DNA of 64,000 bases from an uncultured Planctomycetota bacterium (GCA_963719315.1 CAVRBU010000018.1:77213-141212); one strand, 5' to 3'; numbered from the stretch's first letter, positions 1-9,802 are shown. Program-made: numbers and translations. The notes: generated by a model from the sequence alone, not told the origin.

Positions 1-583
1 ACGCAGCGTAAAAGTTCCATTACGACCACTCAAGTCCGGCACATCGATCCGAACGAAATAAGGCTGCGCCGGATCCATGGAGACCGCCAGAGAACACCAA
101 TTGGTCCTCGTCCGGGGTACCTACACTCGGGAAAGGCGCTGCGGTCGGCGGTGTGTCGTAGTCTGGAAAGTCGAAGTCTAAACCGTCATTGAGAGGCGAA
201 AGCACGAATGCAGCGCCAGTGCCAAAGCCCAACTGCATAGTGTAGCTGCTCCAAGGCGAGGCCGTATTATTATCAACGAACTCGGAAACCTGGTACTCGG
301 TAACGCCGTCGCTCGGCGCTACTGAAAACTCAATATCAATATAATTCAAAGAATCGAACCGCTTCAGCGGAACGGTAATGTTGTTGTCCAGTTTCTGTGG
401 GTCCGGCACATTGTCGTTGTTCGGTTGAACAGTTACCACTACCGGCACAGAAGCGAAGCCCAACCCTGGGCCGCTCGCGACCGGCGCCGGTGTAGCCAGG
501 ATTGTCCCAGCAGAAGCTGTTGAACTTAGAAGTGCAGCCATAGCGGCCGCAACGATAAATTCCATTCCAAGTTTCTTCGTCAT
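1..583 (-). CDS. Secreted PEP-CTERM-associated (choice-of-anchor F-like) protein; runs off the window edge; 1-bp frameshift near 65
   Basis: Signal peptide MTKKLGMEFIVAAAMAALLSSTASA; motifs 'YIDIEFSV..SDGVTEY.VSEFVDNNT...W..Y..QLGFG.G' and 'DGLDFD.PD'; after a one-base shift it reads QPYFVRIDVPDLSGRNGTFTLR to base 1. Confidence 0.55.
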
Positions 584-970
584 TAGTTCAACCCAATTAC
601 TTTCGGCCAGTGCCCCTGGCAAACAAGTTGCAAATCCACGCCAGTCTTCTGATCCACCCTGCTACAAGTGAAGTCCACGCACCACTACGCGGGTGGAGCC
701 CGACCGCTATGTTATATAGCCTGGTAGACCCAATTACAAGCATTGTTTAAGAAAAAACCGAAAATTCTCTCCGGGGGTCGGCCTGCCTCAAATGCTGGAC
801 GAGCCGTTGGCGGATTTCTCGCTTCCCGCCTATACTTAGCGGCCGATTTCGCTCTGAACCCAGCCGACGAGGGCCGTGACTTGTATCGCGGGCCGGATCG
901 ATGTTTTCCTAACTTATCATCTCCCAGAGCTAGAATTAGCCCTCTTTGCCTCTAAGTCGTTGTCTGTTCT

Positions 971-2980
971 ATGCTTACCGTAATCCTGCCCGACGGAAGT
1001 CGGAAACCATTTGAGCGGCCCGTCTCGACATACGACGTGGCCCTGGCCATTGGGCCGCGGCTTGCCAAGGCTACCATTCTGGCGGAAGTCGACGGCAAGC
1101 AGGTCGATTTGCACAGCCAACTGCCGGCGGACGGCGAGGTCCACCTGCGACTATTGACGAAAAAGGACGCCGAATCGCTGGCCGTCATGCGGCATAGTTG
1201 TGCCCATGTGATGGCCCAGGCGGTAATGCGACTGTTTGAAGGCGTGCAGCTGGCGTTCGGGCCCACCACGGGCAACGGCTTTTACTATGATTTTCAATTG
1301 TCGCACCCGCTCTCCGAGGAAGACTTTCCGCGGATCGAAGCGGAGATGCAGAAAATCGTGAAGGCCGACGAACGATTCGAGCGGCTTGAAATGCGGCGCG
1401 ACGAAGCCATCGGCCTGTGCCGCGAACTCAAGCAGGAGTTCAAAGTCGAACACATCGAAACCGGGTTGGCAGGCGAGAGGTCACTGTCGTTCTACCGGCA
1501 AGGCGAGTTCATCGACCTGTGCCGCGGCAAACACATCCCGAGCACTGGCCACATCGGCAGCGCATTCAAACTCCTGTCGGTTGCCGGCGCGTATTGGAAA
1601 GGCGATGCCGATCGCGAGCAGTTGCAACGCCTGTACGCGACCGCGTTTTTTGACCAGCCGGAACTCGACGCGCACTTGGAACAACTCGCCGAGGCCAAGC
1701 GGCGCGATCACCGCGTCTTGGGCAAGCAGTTGGAGTTGTTCACCGTCAACCAGATGGTCGGCTCCGGTCTCATCTTGTGGCTGCCGAAGGGCGCCATCAT
1801 TCGGCAAACGCTCGAAGACTATATCAAGGGCGAACTTCGCAAACGCGGCTACGAGGCTGTGTATACACCGAACATCGGCCGCGTTGAGCTGTACGAAACT
1901 TCGGGCCACTATCCTTACTACAGCGACAGCCAGTTCCCCCCGATTGAAATGAAAGACGGCGAGCGTTATTTGCTCAAGCCGATGAACTGCCCGCACCATG
2001 TAATGATCTACCAGGCGAAGCCGCGGAGCTATCGCGATCTGCCGGTGCGACTGGCCGAGTTCGGCACCGTGTATCGGTTCGAGCAGTCGGGCGAGCTGTC
2101 GGGCATGACCCGCGTTCGCGGCTTCACGCAGGATGATGCACACATTTTCTGCACCAACGAACAGGTTGCCGGCGAGTTTCGCAACGCCATCGAAATGACA
2201 CAAACCGTCCTGTCCGCGTTGGGAATGAGCGAATATCGGGTGCGGCTGGGTTTCCGCGATCCGAAGAGCGACAAGTACGTGGGCGCGATCGAAACTTGGG
2301 ACCGGGCCGAGGCGGCGATCAAGTCGGTATGCGAGTCGATGAATTTTCCCCATCTGTCGATCGAGCCTGGAGAAGCGGCGTTTTACGGGCCCAAGGCCGA
2401 TTTCGTCGTCACCGATTGCATTGGTCGCGAATGGCAACTGGGCACCGTGCAACTGGATTACAACTTGCCGGGCAAGGAGCGGTTCGGGCTGGAATACATT
2501 GGGGCCGATAATCAGCCACACCAGCCGGCAATGATCCATCGGGCGCCGCTCGGTTCGTTGGAGCGGTTCGTTGGCGTGTTGATCGAGCATTTTGCGGGTG
2601 CCTTTCCGTTGTGGCTCGCGCCGGAGCAGGTCCGAGTGCTCACGGTGAGCGAGAAGTCGGACGCCTACGGCCGCGAAATCGAAAAACTGCTCGCCGACGC
2701 CGGTCTTCGCGTCAGCGGCGACTATCGCGGCGCGAAGCTCAACGCCAAAGTCCGCGACGCCCAGGTGCAACTTATTCCGTACATGTTCGTCGTCGGCGAG
2801 CGCGATCGCGATGCCCGTTCTGTCGCGGTTCGCGACCGGCTCGAAGGTGATTTGGGCTCGATCCCGCTCGACGCCGCGATTGCCAAACTCCGCGACGAAA
2901 TCGCCGCCAAAACCGTCCGCCAAGTTGCGACCCGCCAGCCGGCTGCCGTGACCGACCGCGAAAACCAAAATGAGTATTAG
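971..2980 (+). CDS. thrS: Threonyl-tRNA synthetase
   Basis: TGS N-terminus, editing motifs HSCAH and [55 protein letters not shown]. Confidence 0.98.
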   Translation: MLTVILPDGSRKPFERPVSTYDVALAIGPRLAKATILAEVDGKQVDLHSQLPADGEVHLRLLTKKDAESLAVMRHSCAHVMAQAVMRLFEGVQLAFGPTTGNGFYYDFQLSHPLSEEDFPRIEAEMQKIVKADERFERLEMRRDEAIGLCRELKQEFKVEHIETGLAGERSLSFYRQGEFIDLCRGKHIPSTGHIGSAFKLLSVAGAYWKGDADREQLQRLYATAFFDQPELDAHLEQLAEAKRRDHRVLGKQLELFTVNQMVGSGLILWLPKGAIIRQTLEDYIKGELRKRGYEAVYTPNIGRVELYETSGHYPYYSDSQFPPIEMKDGERYLLKPMNCPHHVMIYQAKPRSYRDLPVRLAEFGTVYRFEQSGELSGMTRVRGFTQDDAHIFCTNEQVAGEFRNAIEMTQTVLSALGMSEYRVRLGFRDPKSDKYVGAIETWDRAEAAIKSVCESMNFPHLSIEPGEAAFYGPKADFVVTDCIGREWQLGTVQLDYNLPGKERFGLEYIGADNQPHQPAMIHRAPLGSLERFVGVLIEHFAGAFPLWLAPEQVRVLTVSEKSDAYGREIEKLLADAGLRVSGDYRGAKLNAKVRDAQVQLIPYMFVVGERDRDARSVAVRDRLEGDLGSIPLDAAIAKLRDEIAAKTVRQVATRQPAAVTDRENQNEY

Positions 2981-3027
2981 TTTAGATAAGTCAGGCATTT
3001 CGATAATCTCTTAACAAGGCATTGGTC

Positions 3028-3094
3028 ATTGAACGGGGGGAAACAGAGGGAACGGAGGCCAACGATTCTCCACTCCCTCTGTTTCCGCCTGTCA
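3028..3094. repeat. Imperfect palindromic repeat element
   Basis: TTGAACGGGGGGAAACAGAGGGAACGGAG ... CTCCCACTCCCTCTGTTTCCGCCTGTCAA inverted arms downstream of thrS. Confidence 0.6.
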
Positions 3095-3280
3095 AAGCGA
3101 GGTTTGAATCTGGGTAGACCGAATTGTGCTAGTAATTGTGGCCCAACGGTATTTCCAGTCTGGCGTTGTATTTGCGTTCGTACTGGTAGGAAGTAGTGCT
3201 TTGCTGTGTGATAATCGCGGCGTATAGTTGACGAATGCCACCGGCGCAGACAAGATTTTGATGTTGGAATGCTTGTTTGC

Positions 3281-3366
3281 TGTCCGTAGTCCGTAGTCCG
3301 TAGTCCGTTGTCCGTCGCAATGGCCTTGGATACCTTTCTGCCACGATCAACGGACAACTGACAACG
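3281..3366. repeat. Hairpin with heptamer-repeat arms (GTCCGTA)n / (ACGGACA-ACTGACA)
   Basis: GTCCGTAGTCCGTAGTCCGTAGTCCGTTGTCCGT ... ACGGACAACTGACAAC. Confidence 0.75.
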
Positions 3367-3394
3367 ATCCATTCACCCAATAGGAGACTTTGCC

Positions 3395-3904
3395 ATCGCT
3401 CTCGCTCAAAAAGGCCAGCGGATCAACGAGCAGATCCGCGTCTCGCCCGTTCGCGTCATCGCTCAGGACGGCGCCCTGCTGGGCGTCATCGAAACCGTGG
3501 AAGCTCTGCAACGGGCCCGTGAAGTCGGCATGGATCTAGTGGAGGTCGCTCCGCAGGAGAAGCCGCCCGTTTGCCGCATCATGGACTACGGCAAATTCAA
3601 GTACCAGCAAAAGAAGCGGCAACACAAAGGCCACGCGCACCACGGCAAGAACAAAGAGCTCCGCCTCCGCCCGAAAATCGGCGACCACGACCTGATGACC
3701 AAGGTCAACCGGGCCAAAGAATTCCTGGCCGATAAAGACAAGGTCGTCTTCTCCGTCATCTTCCGCGGCCGCGAAAACGCGCACGTGGACGAAGGCTTCA
3801 AGCTCGTGCAGCGTCTCACCAAGGAGCTGGAATCGTGCGCCAAGCTCGAGCAGAATCCGCAAATGCAAGGCCGGCGAATCGTGGTGATCTTTGCGCCGAA
3901 GTAG
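3395..3904 (+). CDS. infC: Translation initiation factor IF-3, probable non-canonical ATC start
   Basis: In-frame extension upstream of the ORF call gives QRINEQIRVSPVRVI; DLVEVAP..KPPVCRIMDYGKFKY; FRGRE; GGAG 8 nt before ATC at 3395. Confidence 0.95.
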   Translation: MALAQKGQRINEQIRVSPVRVIAQDGALLGVIETVEALQRAREVGMDLVEVAPQEKPPVCRIMDYGKFKYQQKKRQHKGHAHHGKNKELRLRPKIGDHDLMTKVNRAKEFLADKDKVVFSVIFRGRENAHVDEGFKLVQRLTKELESCAKLEQNPQMQGRRIVVIFAPK

Positions 3905-4053
3905 TACTCATTCTCTATTAAAGTAGCTTTCGCAATGACTAGAGTGCAAACCTTTGGTCGACATGTTGCGCCGGTCTTAGGAATTTCTTTCTATTAATTC
4001 TTTCTGATATCAAGTTAGGCCTTTACCGCACGCACTCACAATGCCCGCGTACC

Positions 4054-4644
4054 ATGCTCGAAGGAATGCGAACCATTCTTGCCAAGCGCCTTCTTCGCCA
4101 ACTCATCGAAATGGCGGTGCAGGCACTCTATTCCGAAGAGTTCGACTTGGAGCCGCTGATCGTCCGGATGTGTCGCAACCAATCGGATGTCGCCTAGGCT
4201 GCGGCACGACTGACCCACCCGCTAGCCGACGCTGATGTTGATCGTGCCTTCGCAATGTTCCATCTTTCCGAGGCTCGCTTTGACTCGCCGAACTTCCGAA
4301 ACATCGTCGAAGTGCATCGCGAGCTGGCTGAGCATTACTGGACATCTCAGCATCTTGCGATTCTGCGCGGAGCACTCGCCCACAAGCAGAATGAGTATTC
4401 CTACGAGGGAACAGTCTACATATTACAACGCGACAACAAAGGACCGGCCACGCCTGAGCAACGCGCCAAATACGAACCTATTTGCAAGCAGATGGCCGAC
4501 CTCAACCGCCAAATAGAAGATGCAGAACTCGCCGCATGGAAGAAGCAGGACGAGGCCGAGTATCAGCGATATAAGGAGGATTTAGAGACGCGCGCAGCTC
4601 AGCGCCGAGATCGATGCAAACGAAGAGGAGATTATTCGACTTGA
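4054..4644 (+). pseudogene. Hypothetical gene between infC and rpmI, interrupted by an in-frame TAG (4195-4197); downstream part is ORF 4255-4644
   Basis: ATG 4054 is in frame with ORF 4255-4644, with a single TAG at codon 48; no recognisable family. Confidence 0.35.
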
Positions 4645-5112
4645 GAGCGCAGAAGTGCTTTCAATGCTCGAAACGAAACTAAACGCCCTTTTAAACGATG
4701 ACGAAGCAACTGCCTAACCTGCGTACAGCGCCGCGCTCGTGTATGACGCCGTCCTGCGTGACGACAGGCGGTAACAGTGCGACCCGATGGCCTGTATGGT
4801 GAAGGGTAGGGGGTGTATTGATTTAATACAGGGGCGAGCCGAATCGGTTCGTAGCGAGGTGTTTCGAGCGAGTGGCAGGATTGCGACCAGGAGATACACG
4901 AAAGTCCGATACGTTCTAACGTTTCGCTGAATCGTCCGAAAACCACGAAAGAATTTTAAGTACGTGTTCAGTGGTCGTCGTCCCTTTGGCTACAAAATAG
5001 CCTATTTCTCAGGCCCGCAATCTGTGGCAGCACTCTTCCCGCGTCGCACCGAAATCGCTACATTGATGGATTCCACCAAAACGCCCATTACGATCGGTTT
5101 GGATTCACGGCC

Positions 5113-5316
5113 ATGCCCAAGCAAAAGACTCACAAAGGTACGAAGAAGCGGTTTCGGCTGACGGCCAAAGGCAAAGTGAAGCATCGGCCGGCCGGAACAA
5201 GTCACTTGGCTACGCGCAAGGACCAGAAGCGGATTCGCAAGCTTCGCGGCACCGACACGCTCGCGCCGGGCATGATCAAAGCCGTGAAACGTGCGCTGGC
5301 AGGGAATAGCTATTAG
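5113..5316 (+). CDS. rpmI: 50S ribosomal protein L35
   Basis: [24 protein letters not shown] signature; synteny. Confidence 0.97.
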   Translation: MPKQKTHKGTKKRFRLTAKGKVKHRPAGTSHLATRKDQKRIRKLRGTDTLAPGMIKAVKRALAGNSY

Positions 5317-5329
5317 GAAATAGCTATTA

Positions 5330-5411
5330 GTAGGTCCCTTCTGCCGGAAGGGAACTTTCCGATCGCAGGCCGTTAACCTGATTCAGGTTCCGCTCGGCAA
5401 GCGGAACCTAC
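5330..5411. repeat. GTAG-type REP doublet (REPIN-like)
   Basis: GTAGGTCCCTTCTGCCGGAAGGGAAC ... GGTTCCGCTCGGCAAGCGGAACCTAC; same family as 7835-7918. Confidence 0.8.
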
Positions 5412-5510
5412 TAGACCACAAATCACGACAAGCCCGCCGGGCACGAGTAACTCCCGCTGCGTTTACGCCGCGGGGGCCTGGGCGCGCAATAATTACGAAG
5501 GGTTCCTTCA

Positions 5511-5864
5511 ATGCGAACCACCAACGCGGTACCGCGTAAACGCCGCAAGAATCGGCTTTTCCAGAAGACCAAAGGCTACGTCGGCGGCCGTCGCCGCTTG
5601 CTTCGCACGGCCAAAGAAAACATCGTGCGGGCCGAGGCGTTTGCCTTCCGCGACCGCCGGGCACGCAAGCGAGAGTTCCGCAAGCTGTGGATTATCCGCA
5701 TCAACGCGGCCTGCCGCGAACGGGGCATGCGGTACAGCGAGTTCATCAACGGCCTGATTAAGTCCAACATCGAACTCGATCGCAAGACGCTCTCGGAGAT
5801 CGCCATATTCGATCCGGCGGCGTTTGACGCGATCGTCGCCCAAGCGAAGGCCGCGATTGCATAG
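5511..5864 (+). CDS. rplT: 50S ribosomal protein L20
   Basis: KGYVGGR, AFRDRRARKREFRKLWIIRINAA, LDRKTLSEIA. Confidence 0.98.
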   Translation: MRTTNAVPRKRRKNRLFQKTKGYVGGRRRLLRTAKENIVRAEAFAFRDRRARKREFRKLWIIRINAACRERGMRYSEFINGLIKSNIELDRKTLSEIAIFDPAAFDAIVAQAKAAIA

Positions 5865-5967
5865 CGGCGCAACGTTGATACCCCATAAAGCCGCGACCGC
5901 TGGTCGCGGATTGTGCGCCCAATCGCGGCATGCGCGTAATTGTGCGACGGTTCGCGCCAGATGTACC

Positions 5968-6133
5968 AGCCGCAACGCGGCGAAAGCCCATGGCCGGGCG
6001 GCGTAAGCCCCCGGATTGCCGGGTCGTCGCCGCCACACAGCGCTGTCGCCCCTTTGGGACTTCAATGGTAGATTGGGTCGCGTTTCCAGGGGGCTGACGC
6101 CCCCTGGCTATTAACTTGGGCCCCGTTGGGGCC
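5968..6133. repeat. Long composite palindromic REP-like element
   Basis: Left GCCGCAACGCGGC..GCCGGGCGGCGTAAGCCCCCGG is an inverted copy of right CCAGGGGGCTGACGCCCCCTGGCT..GCCCCGTTGGGGC. Confidence 0.7.
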
Positions 6134-6188
6134 GACGCATCGCGCGTCTTTTTTTTGATCGCGACTCCAACGCCAGTTCCGCAACGCC

Positions 6189-7823
6189 ATGTCCGACGAA
6201 ATCCTGCTCAACGAAGCCGCTTACGCCGTGTGGCAGACGGTAAAGGAGCGCGGGCCGATTGAGTTGGGCGAAGTGGTGAAGATTACCGGAGTCGATCAGG
6301 CTCAGGTTTCGGCGGCGGCAACGGAAGCTGTTGCAAATGGGTACTTCATAGCTGAAGAGCGTGAGCGCGAACAACTGATACCCTCTGATAAAGCAAGGAA
6401 ATCGCTTGATGATCGAGCACTTCCAGAAATCCTAGCTTTAAATCACTTAAAGGATATAGGAGAAGAAGCACTTCCCCAATTCATCGAGTGGTCGAAGATT
6501 TCGAACGTACCGGTAAACGAGGTGTTCAAATGGGGAGCGGTTCGCGGTTGGATAGAAAAGACGAAAGGACCAAAAGGTACCGTAGTTAGGATTACTGACG
6601 CTGGGTTGAAGAGACTCGAGAACATTTACGAAGAAGCAGATTTGGAAGCCCTACATCGTGCATGGACTTACGCAAGCAATTCCGAATCATATTTTTTAGA
6701 CCAATGCGGCGATGAAAAAGTCCAAGAAGTTGTTCGCTCTCGATTAGCGAACCGCCCGGAACTGGCAAGGATAAAGAAGCGAAATGAAAGGCTGTTGAGA
6801 ATTTCGGGAGATGGCGCGGTAGCGTTCAGTTCGCGCGTTCGCAAAATCATCGAGCGCAACACCCTCACCCCCGAAGACCTCGAATCCGGCGCATGGCGCG
6901 AAATCAAACTACGGCCATACGATGTGAAGCTCGCGGCCAAGGATGTTTATCCGGCCAAGATCCATCCCCTCCGAAAAATCATCGAGCAAACCCGCCGCGC
7001 CTTCCTCGAAATGGGCTTCGCCGAGGTCGTGTCCCCGATGGTGGAGTCGGCGTTCTGGAATTTCGATGCGCTGTTTCAGCCGCAGGACCACCCGGCCCGG
7101 GACATGCAAGATACGTTCTACATGCTCCACCCGGCCGAAGCGCCGCTGCCGGGTGAGTGGAACGGATTTCAGTCCGTTCACCAAGATTCCGTAGTCGGCG
7201 AACGGACTGAAGTCCGTTCCACGTCGCCCAACATTGTGAATAACGTTCGCCGCACGCACGAAGACGGCTGGGAAACGGGCAGCGAAGGGTGGGGATATAC
7301 ATGGAGCCAGGAAGTTTCGAAGCAAGTCGTCCTCCGCACGCACACGACGGCCGCCACGATTCGCGCCCTGGCCGCCAACCCGAATCCGCCCGGTAAATTC
7401 TTCTGCGTCGGCTGGACCTACCGCAACGAAACAATCAGTTTCAAGCACCTCCCGGTCTTCCATCAAGTGGATGGCATCATCATCGACGAGGAGGCCAACC
7501 TCGCGTCGTTGATGGGCACGCTGCAAGAGTTTTATTCGAAGATGGGCTTCGGCCGCGTGAAGTTCAAGCCGGCGTTTTATCCGTACACCGAGCCGAGCGT
7601 GGATGTCGTCGTGTACATGGAATCGCGCGGCAAGTGGTTGGAAATGGGCGGGGCCGGCATCTTTCGCCCGGAGGTGACGCTGCCCCTCGGTTGCAATTTC
7701 CCCGTGCTCGCGTGGGGGCTGGGAATCGAGCGATTGGCGATGCTACGGTTCGGCCTGTCGGATATTCGCGAGTTGTATCGGCCGAGCCTTGATGCGCTCG
7801 AAGGGATAACGCTGTGCAGGTAG
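6189..7823 (+). CDS. pheS: Phenylalanyl-tRNA synthetase alpha subunit, archaeal/eukaryotic type
   Basis: 544 aa, long N-terminal extension; FWNFDALFQPQDHPARDMQDTFY, VLRTHTTA, YRNE...HLPVFHQVDG, FKPAFYPYTEPS, AWGLGIERLAM. Confidence 0.95.
   Translation: MSDEILLNEAAYAVWQTVKERGPIELGEVVKITGVDQAQVSAAATEAVANGYFIAEEREREQLIPSDKARKSLDDRALPEILALNHLKDIGEEALPQFIEWSKISNVPVNEVFKWGAVRGWIEKTKGPKGTVVRITDAGLKRLENIYEEADLEALHRAWTYASNSESYFLDQCGDEKVQEVVRSRLANRPELARIKKRNERLLRISGDGAVAFSSRVRKIIERNTLTPEDLESGAWREIKLRPYDVKLAAKDVYPAKIHPLRKIIEQTRRAFLEMGFAEVVSPMVESAFWNFDALFQPQDHPARDMQDTFYMLHPAEAPLPGEWNGFQSVHQDSVVGERTEVRSTSPNIVNNVRRTHEDGWETGSEGWGYTWSQEVSKQVVLRTHTTAATIRALAANPNPPGKFFCVGWTYRNETISFKHLPVFHQVDGIIIDEEANLASLMGTLQEFYSKMGFGRVKFKPAFYPYTEPSVDVVVYMESRGKWLEMGGAGIFRPEVTLPLGCNFPVLAWGLGIERLAMLRFGLSDIRELYRPSLDALEGITLCR
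7157..7222. repeat. REP doublet inserted in frame within pheS
   Basis: GTGGAACGGATTTCAGTCCGTTC-N20-GAACGGACTGAAGTCCGTTCCAC; 23-bp arms with 1 mismatch; 66 bp. Confidence 0.85.
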
Positions 7824-7834
7824 TTTTCGCTTGA

Positions 7835-7918
7835 GTAGGTCCCGCTTGCCGAGCGGGACCTCAACACACCATTAACAATTGATCATCATCAAGGTCCCTT
7901 CCGGCAGAAGGGACCTAC
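7835..7918. repeat. GTAG-type REP doublet between pheS and pheT
   Basis: GTAGGTCCCGCTTGCCGAGCGGGACCT ... AGGTCCCTTCCGGCAGAAGGGACCTAC. Confidence 0.85.
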
Positions 7919-7936
7919 AAGTTTTGCGGCAAGAAT

Positions 7937-9793
7937 ATGCCGATAGTGAATATCGACCTGATTTGGCTGAATCGGCTGTTGGGGAAGCCGTATGAAACCG
8001 AGACGCTGCGCGAATCGCTGGAGCAGATCGGCTGCGACGTGGAGGACGTCGTCGATATCGAGCGCAGCCGCTGCCCGCAGTGTGGTTCGCTCGTGGAGCA
8101 TCCTCTAGGGCAGGACGAAGTAAAGGCCTGCACGCTGTGCGGGTTCGAATCGGAGGCTGCGTTCAAGAACGCGGGCAGTCAGCAAGTGATGCGGCTGGAT
8201 TTGCTGGCAGATCGACCCGATTTGTTCGACGTGGGCGGCTTGGCCCGGGCACTCCGCGGCACGCTCGGCATTGAAAGTGGCTTGCCGAAGTATGACGTGA
8301 AGGCTTCTGGCCTGACGGTGACCGTCGATAATTCGGTCACGGAGGAGTCGAGCTACCGGCCGTTCATCGCATGTGCGGTGATGACGCTGCCGGCCGTGGA
8401 TGAGACAAGCCTTGTCGCGATCATGAAGCTTCAGGAGAACCTGCACTGGGGCGTCGGACGCGACCGCAAGCTGGCCTCGATCGGAGTTTACGATCTTTCG
8501 ACGATTACCGGACCGATTGTTTACCGCACGATGGACCCCGACAAAGAGCCGTTCGTTCCACTCGGCATGCCGGGCAAAAAAATGACGGGGTGGCAGATAC
8601 TTGAATCGCACCCGAAGGGCATGTCTTACACCGACTTACTTGCCAGCCATAAACGCTATCCAGTGCTCGTCGACAGCAAGGGGCAAGTCCTCTCGATGCC
8701 GCCGATCATCAACAGCGAAGAGACGAAGCTGAAGCTGGGCACTTCACGGGTGTTCATCGACGTGACCGGCATCAGCCAGGCGGCCGTTACGAAATCGCTT
8801 GATACGCTGGTTTGTTCGCTGGCAGAAATCGGCGGAAAGATTGAAACCGTCGCGATTCGCGATGCCGATGGGAAGCAGCGCATCACGCCGGATCTCGCGC
8901 CCCGATCCAAGGAAATCAACGTCGCCGAAGCCAAACGCTGGCTGGGCTTGCCGCTGGATGAGAAATCGTTGGCGGCAGCGCTGCGCAAAATGCGCTTCGA
9001 CATAGTTGCAGGAAGCGGGGAGCAAAGAGCAGGAAGTAAGAAGAGCGGTTCAAAACCTGCTTCCGACTCCCCGCTCCCTGCTCCCTGCTCTGTGCTCTAC
9101 CCCGCTTATCGCACCGACATCCGCCACATGGTCGATCTGTTTGAGGACGTAGCGATCGGCTATGGCTACGCGAACATCGAGCCGCGCCTCGTGCGGTCGA
9201 TGACCGTGGGTACTCCGCGACCGGAGGAAACGCTCAGCGATCGTGTGCGGCAAGTGCTCATCGGCCTAGGCTACAGCGAAATCATGAGCTTGCCGCTCAC
9301 GACGGAGGAGCATCAATTCGAGCGGCTGCGATTGCCGACGCCGGAGCGCTATCCGCAGGTGGCGAATCCGAAGTTGAAGGCGTATAACGTCGTGCGGACG
9401 CACCTGATGGGCGGTCTGTTCGAGGCGCTGCGCGAGAATCGCCGCCGGCCGATGCCGCAACGGTTGTTCGAGATCGATAACGTGACTCAACTCGATGACA
9501 AGGCCGAAACCGGCGCCGCCGAAGAGCGGCGCATGGCGCTCGTCGAGATCGGCCGCGAGAGCGGATACGCGACGGCGCGCAGCGTAATGGACGCGCTCCT
9601 TCGAGAGTTGGGCTGGAAAGCCGAGTACGCGGCGGTTGACAACAAAGTGTTCGTCGAAGGGCGGGCCGCTACGTTTTCTGTGGATGGAAAGCCGGTCGGC
9701 ATCCTCGGCGAGGTTCACCCCGAAGTGCTGACCAACTTCGGGCTCACGTATCCAGTCGCGCTAGCAGAATTGATTCTGCAGCGCGTCATCTGA
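7937..9793 (+). CDS. pheT: Phenylalanyl-tRNA synthetase beta subunit, archaeal/eukaryotic type, with CxxC..CxxC insert
   Basis: 618 aa; DRPDL, QENLHWGVGRDRKLASIGVYDL, VLSMPPIINSE.TK, PAYRTDIRH.VDL.EDVAIGYGY, GEVHPEVL; no bacterial OB-fold B2 or C-terminal anticodon-binding B8 domain. Confidence 0.93.
   Translation: MPIVNIDLIWLNRLLGKPYETETLRESLEQIGCDVEDVVDIERSRCPQCGSLVEHPLGQDEVKACTLCGFESEAAFKNAGSQQVMRLDLLADRPDLFDVGGLARALRGTLGIESGLPKYDVKASGLTVTVDNSVTEESSYRPFIACAVMTLPAVDETSLVAIMKLQENLHWGVGRDRKLASIGVYDLSTITGPIVYRTMDPDKEPFVPLGMPGKKMTGWQILESHPKGMSYTDLLASHKRYPVLVDSKGQVLSMPPIINSEETKLKLGTSRVFIDVTGISQAAVTKSLDTLVCSLAEIGGKIETVAIRDADGKQRITPDLAPRSKEINVAEAKRWLGLPLDEKSLAAALRKMRFDIVAGSGEQRAGSKKSGSKPASDSPLPAPCSVLYPAYRTDIRHMVDLFEDVAIGYGYANIEPRLVRSMTVGTPRPEETLSDRVRQVLIGLGYSEIMSLPLTTEEHQFERLRLPTPERYPQVANPKLKAYNVVRTHLMGGLFEALRENRRRPMPQRLFEIDNVTQLDDKAETGAAEERRMALVEIGRESGYATARSVMDALLRELGWKAEYAAVDNKVFVEGRAATFSVDGKPVGILGEVHPEVLTNFGLTYPVALAELILQRVI
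9008..9091. repeat. Heptamer-arm palindrome (GGGAGCA/TGCTCCC) in frame within pheT
   Basis: GCAGGAAGCGGGGAGCAAAGAGCAGGAAG ... CTCCCCGCTCCCTGCTCCCTGCTC; encodes AGSGEQRAGSKKSGSKPASDSPLPAPCS. Confidence 0.75.
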
Positions 9794-9802
9794 CAACGCC
9801 GG

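Noticed and set aside
1481..2998. 505-aa antisense ORF over thrS, and similar long antisense ORFs over uvrA, nadA and the transposases
   Set aside because: Shadow ORFs expected from GC-rich codon bias opposite well-supported genes.
3281..3366. CRISPR-like array
   Set aside because: Heptamer tandem repeats without spacers; no cas genes in the window.
8140..8153. GGTTCGAATC tRNA T-loop-like motif
   Set aside because: Lies inside the pheT coding sequence with no cloverleaf.
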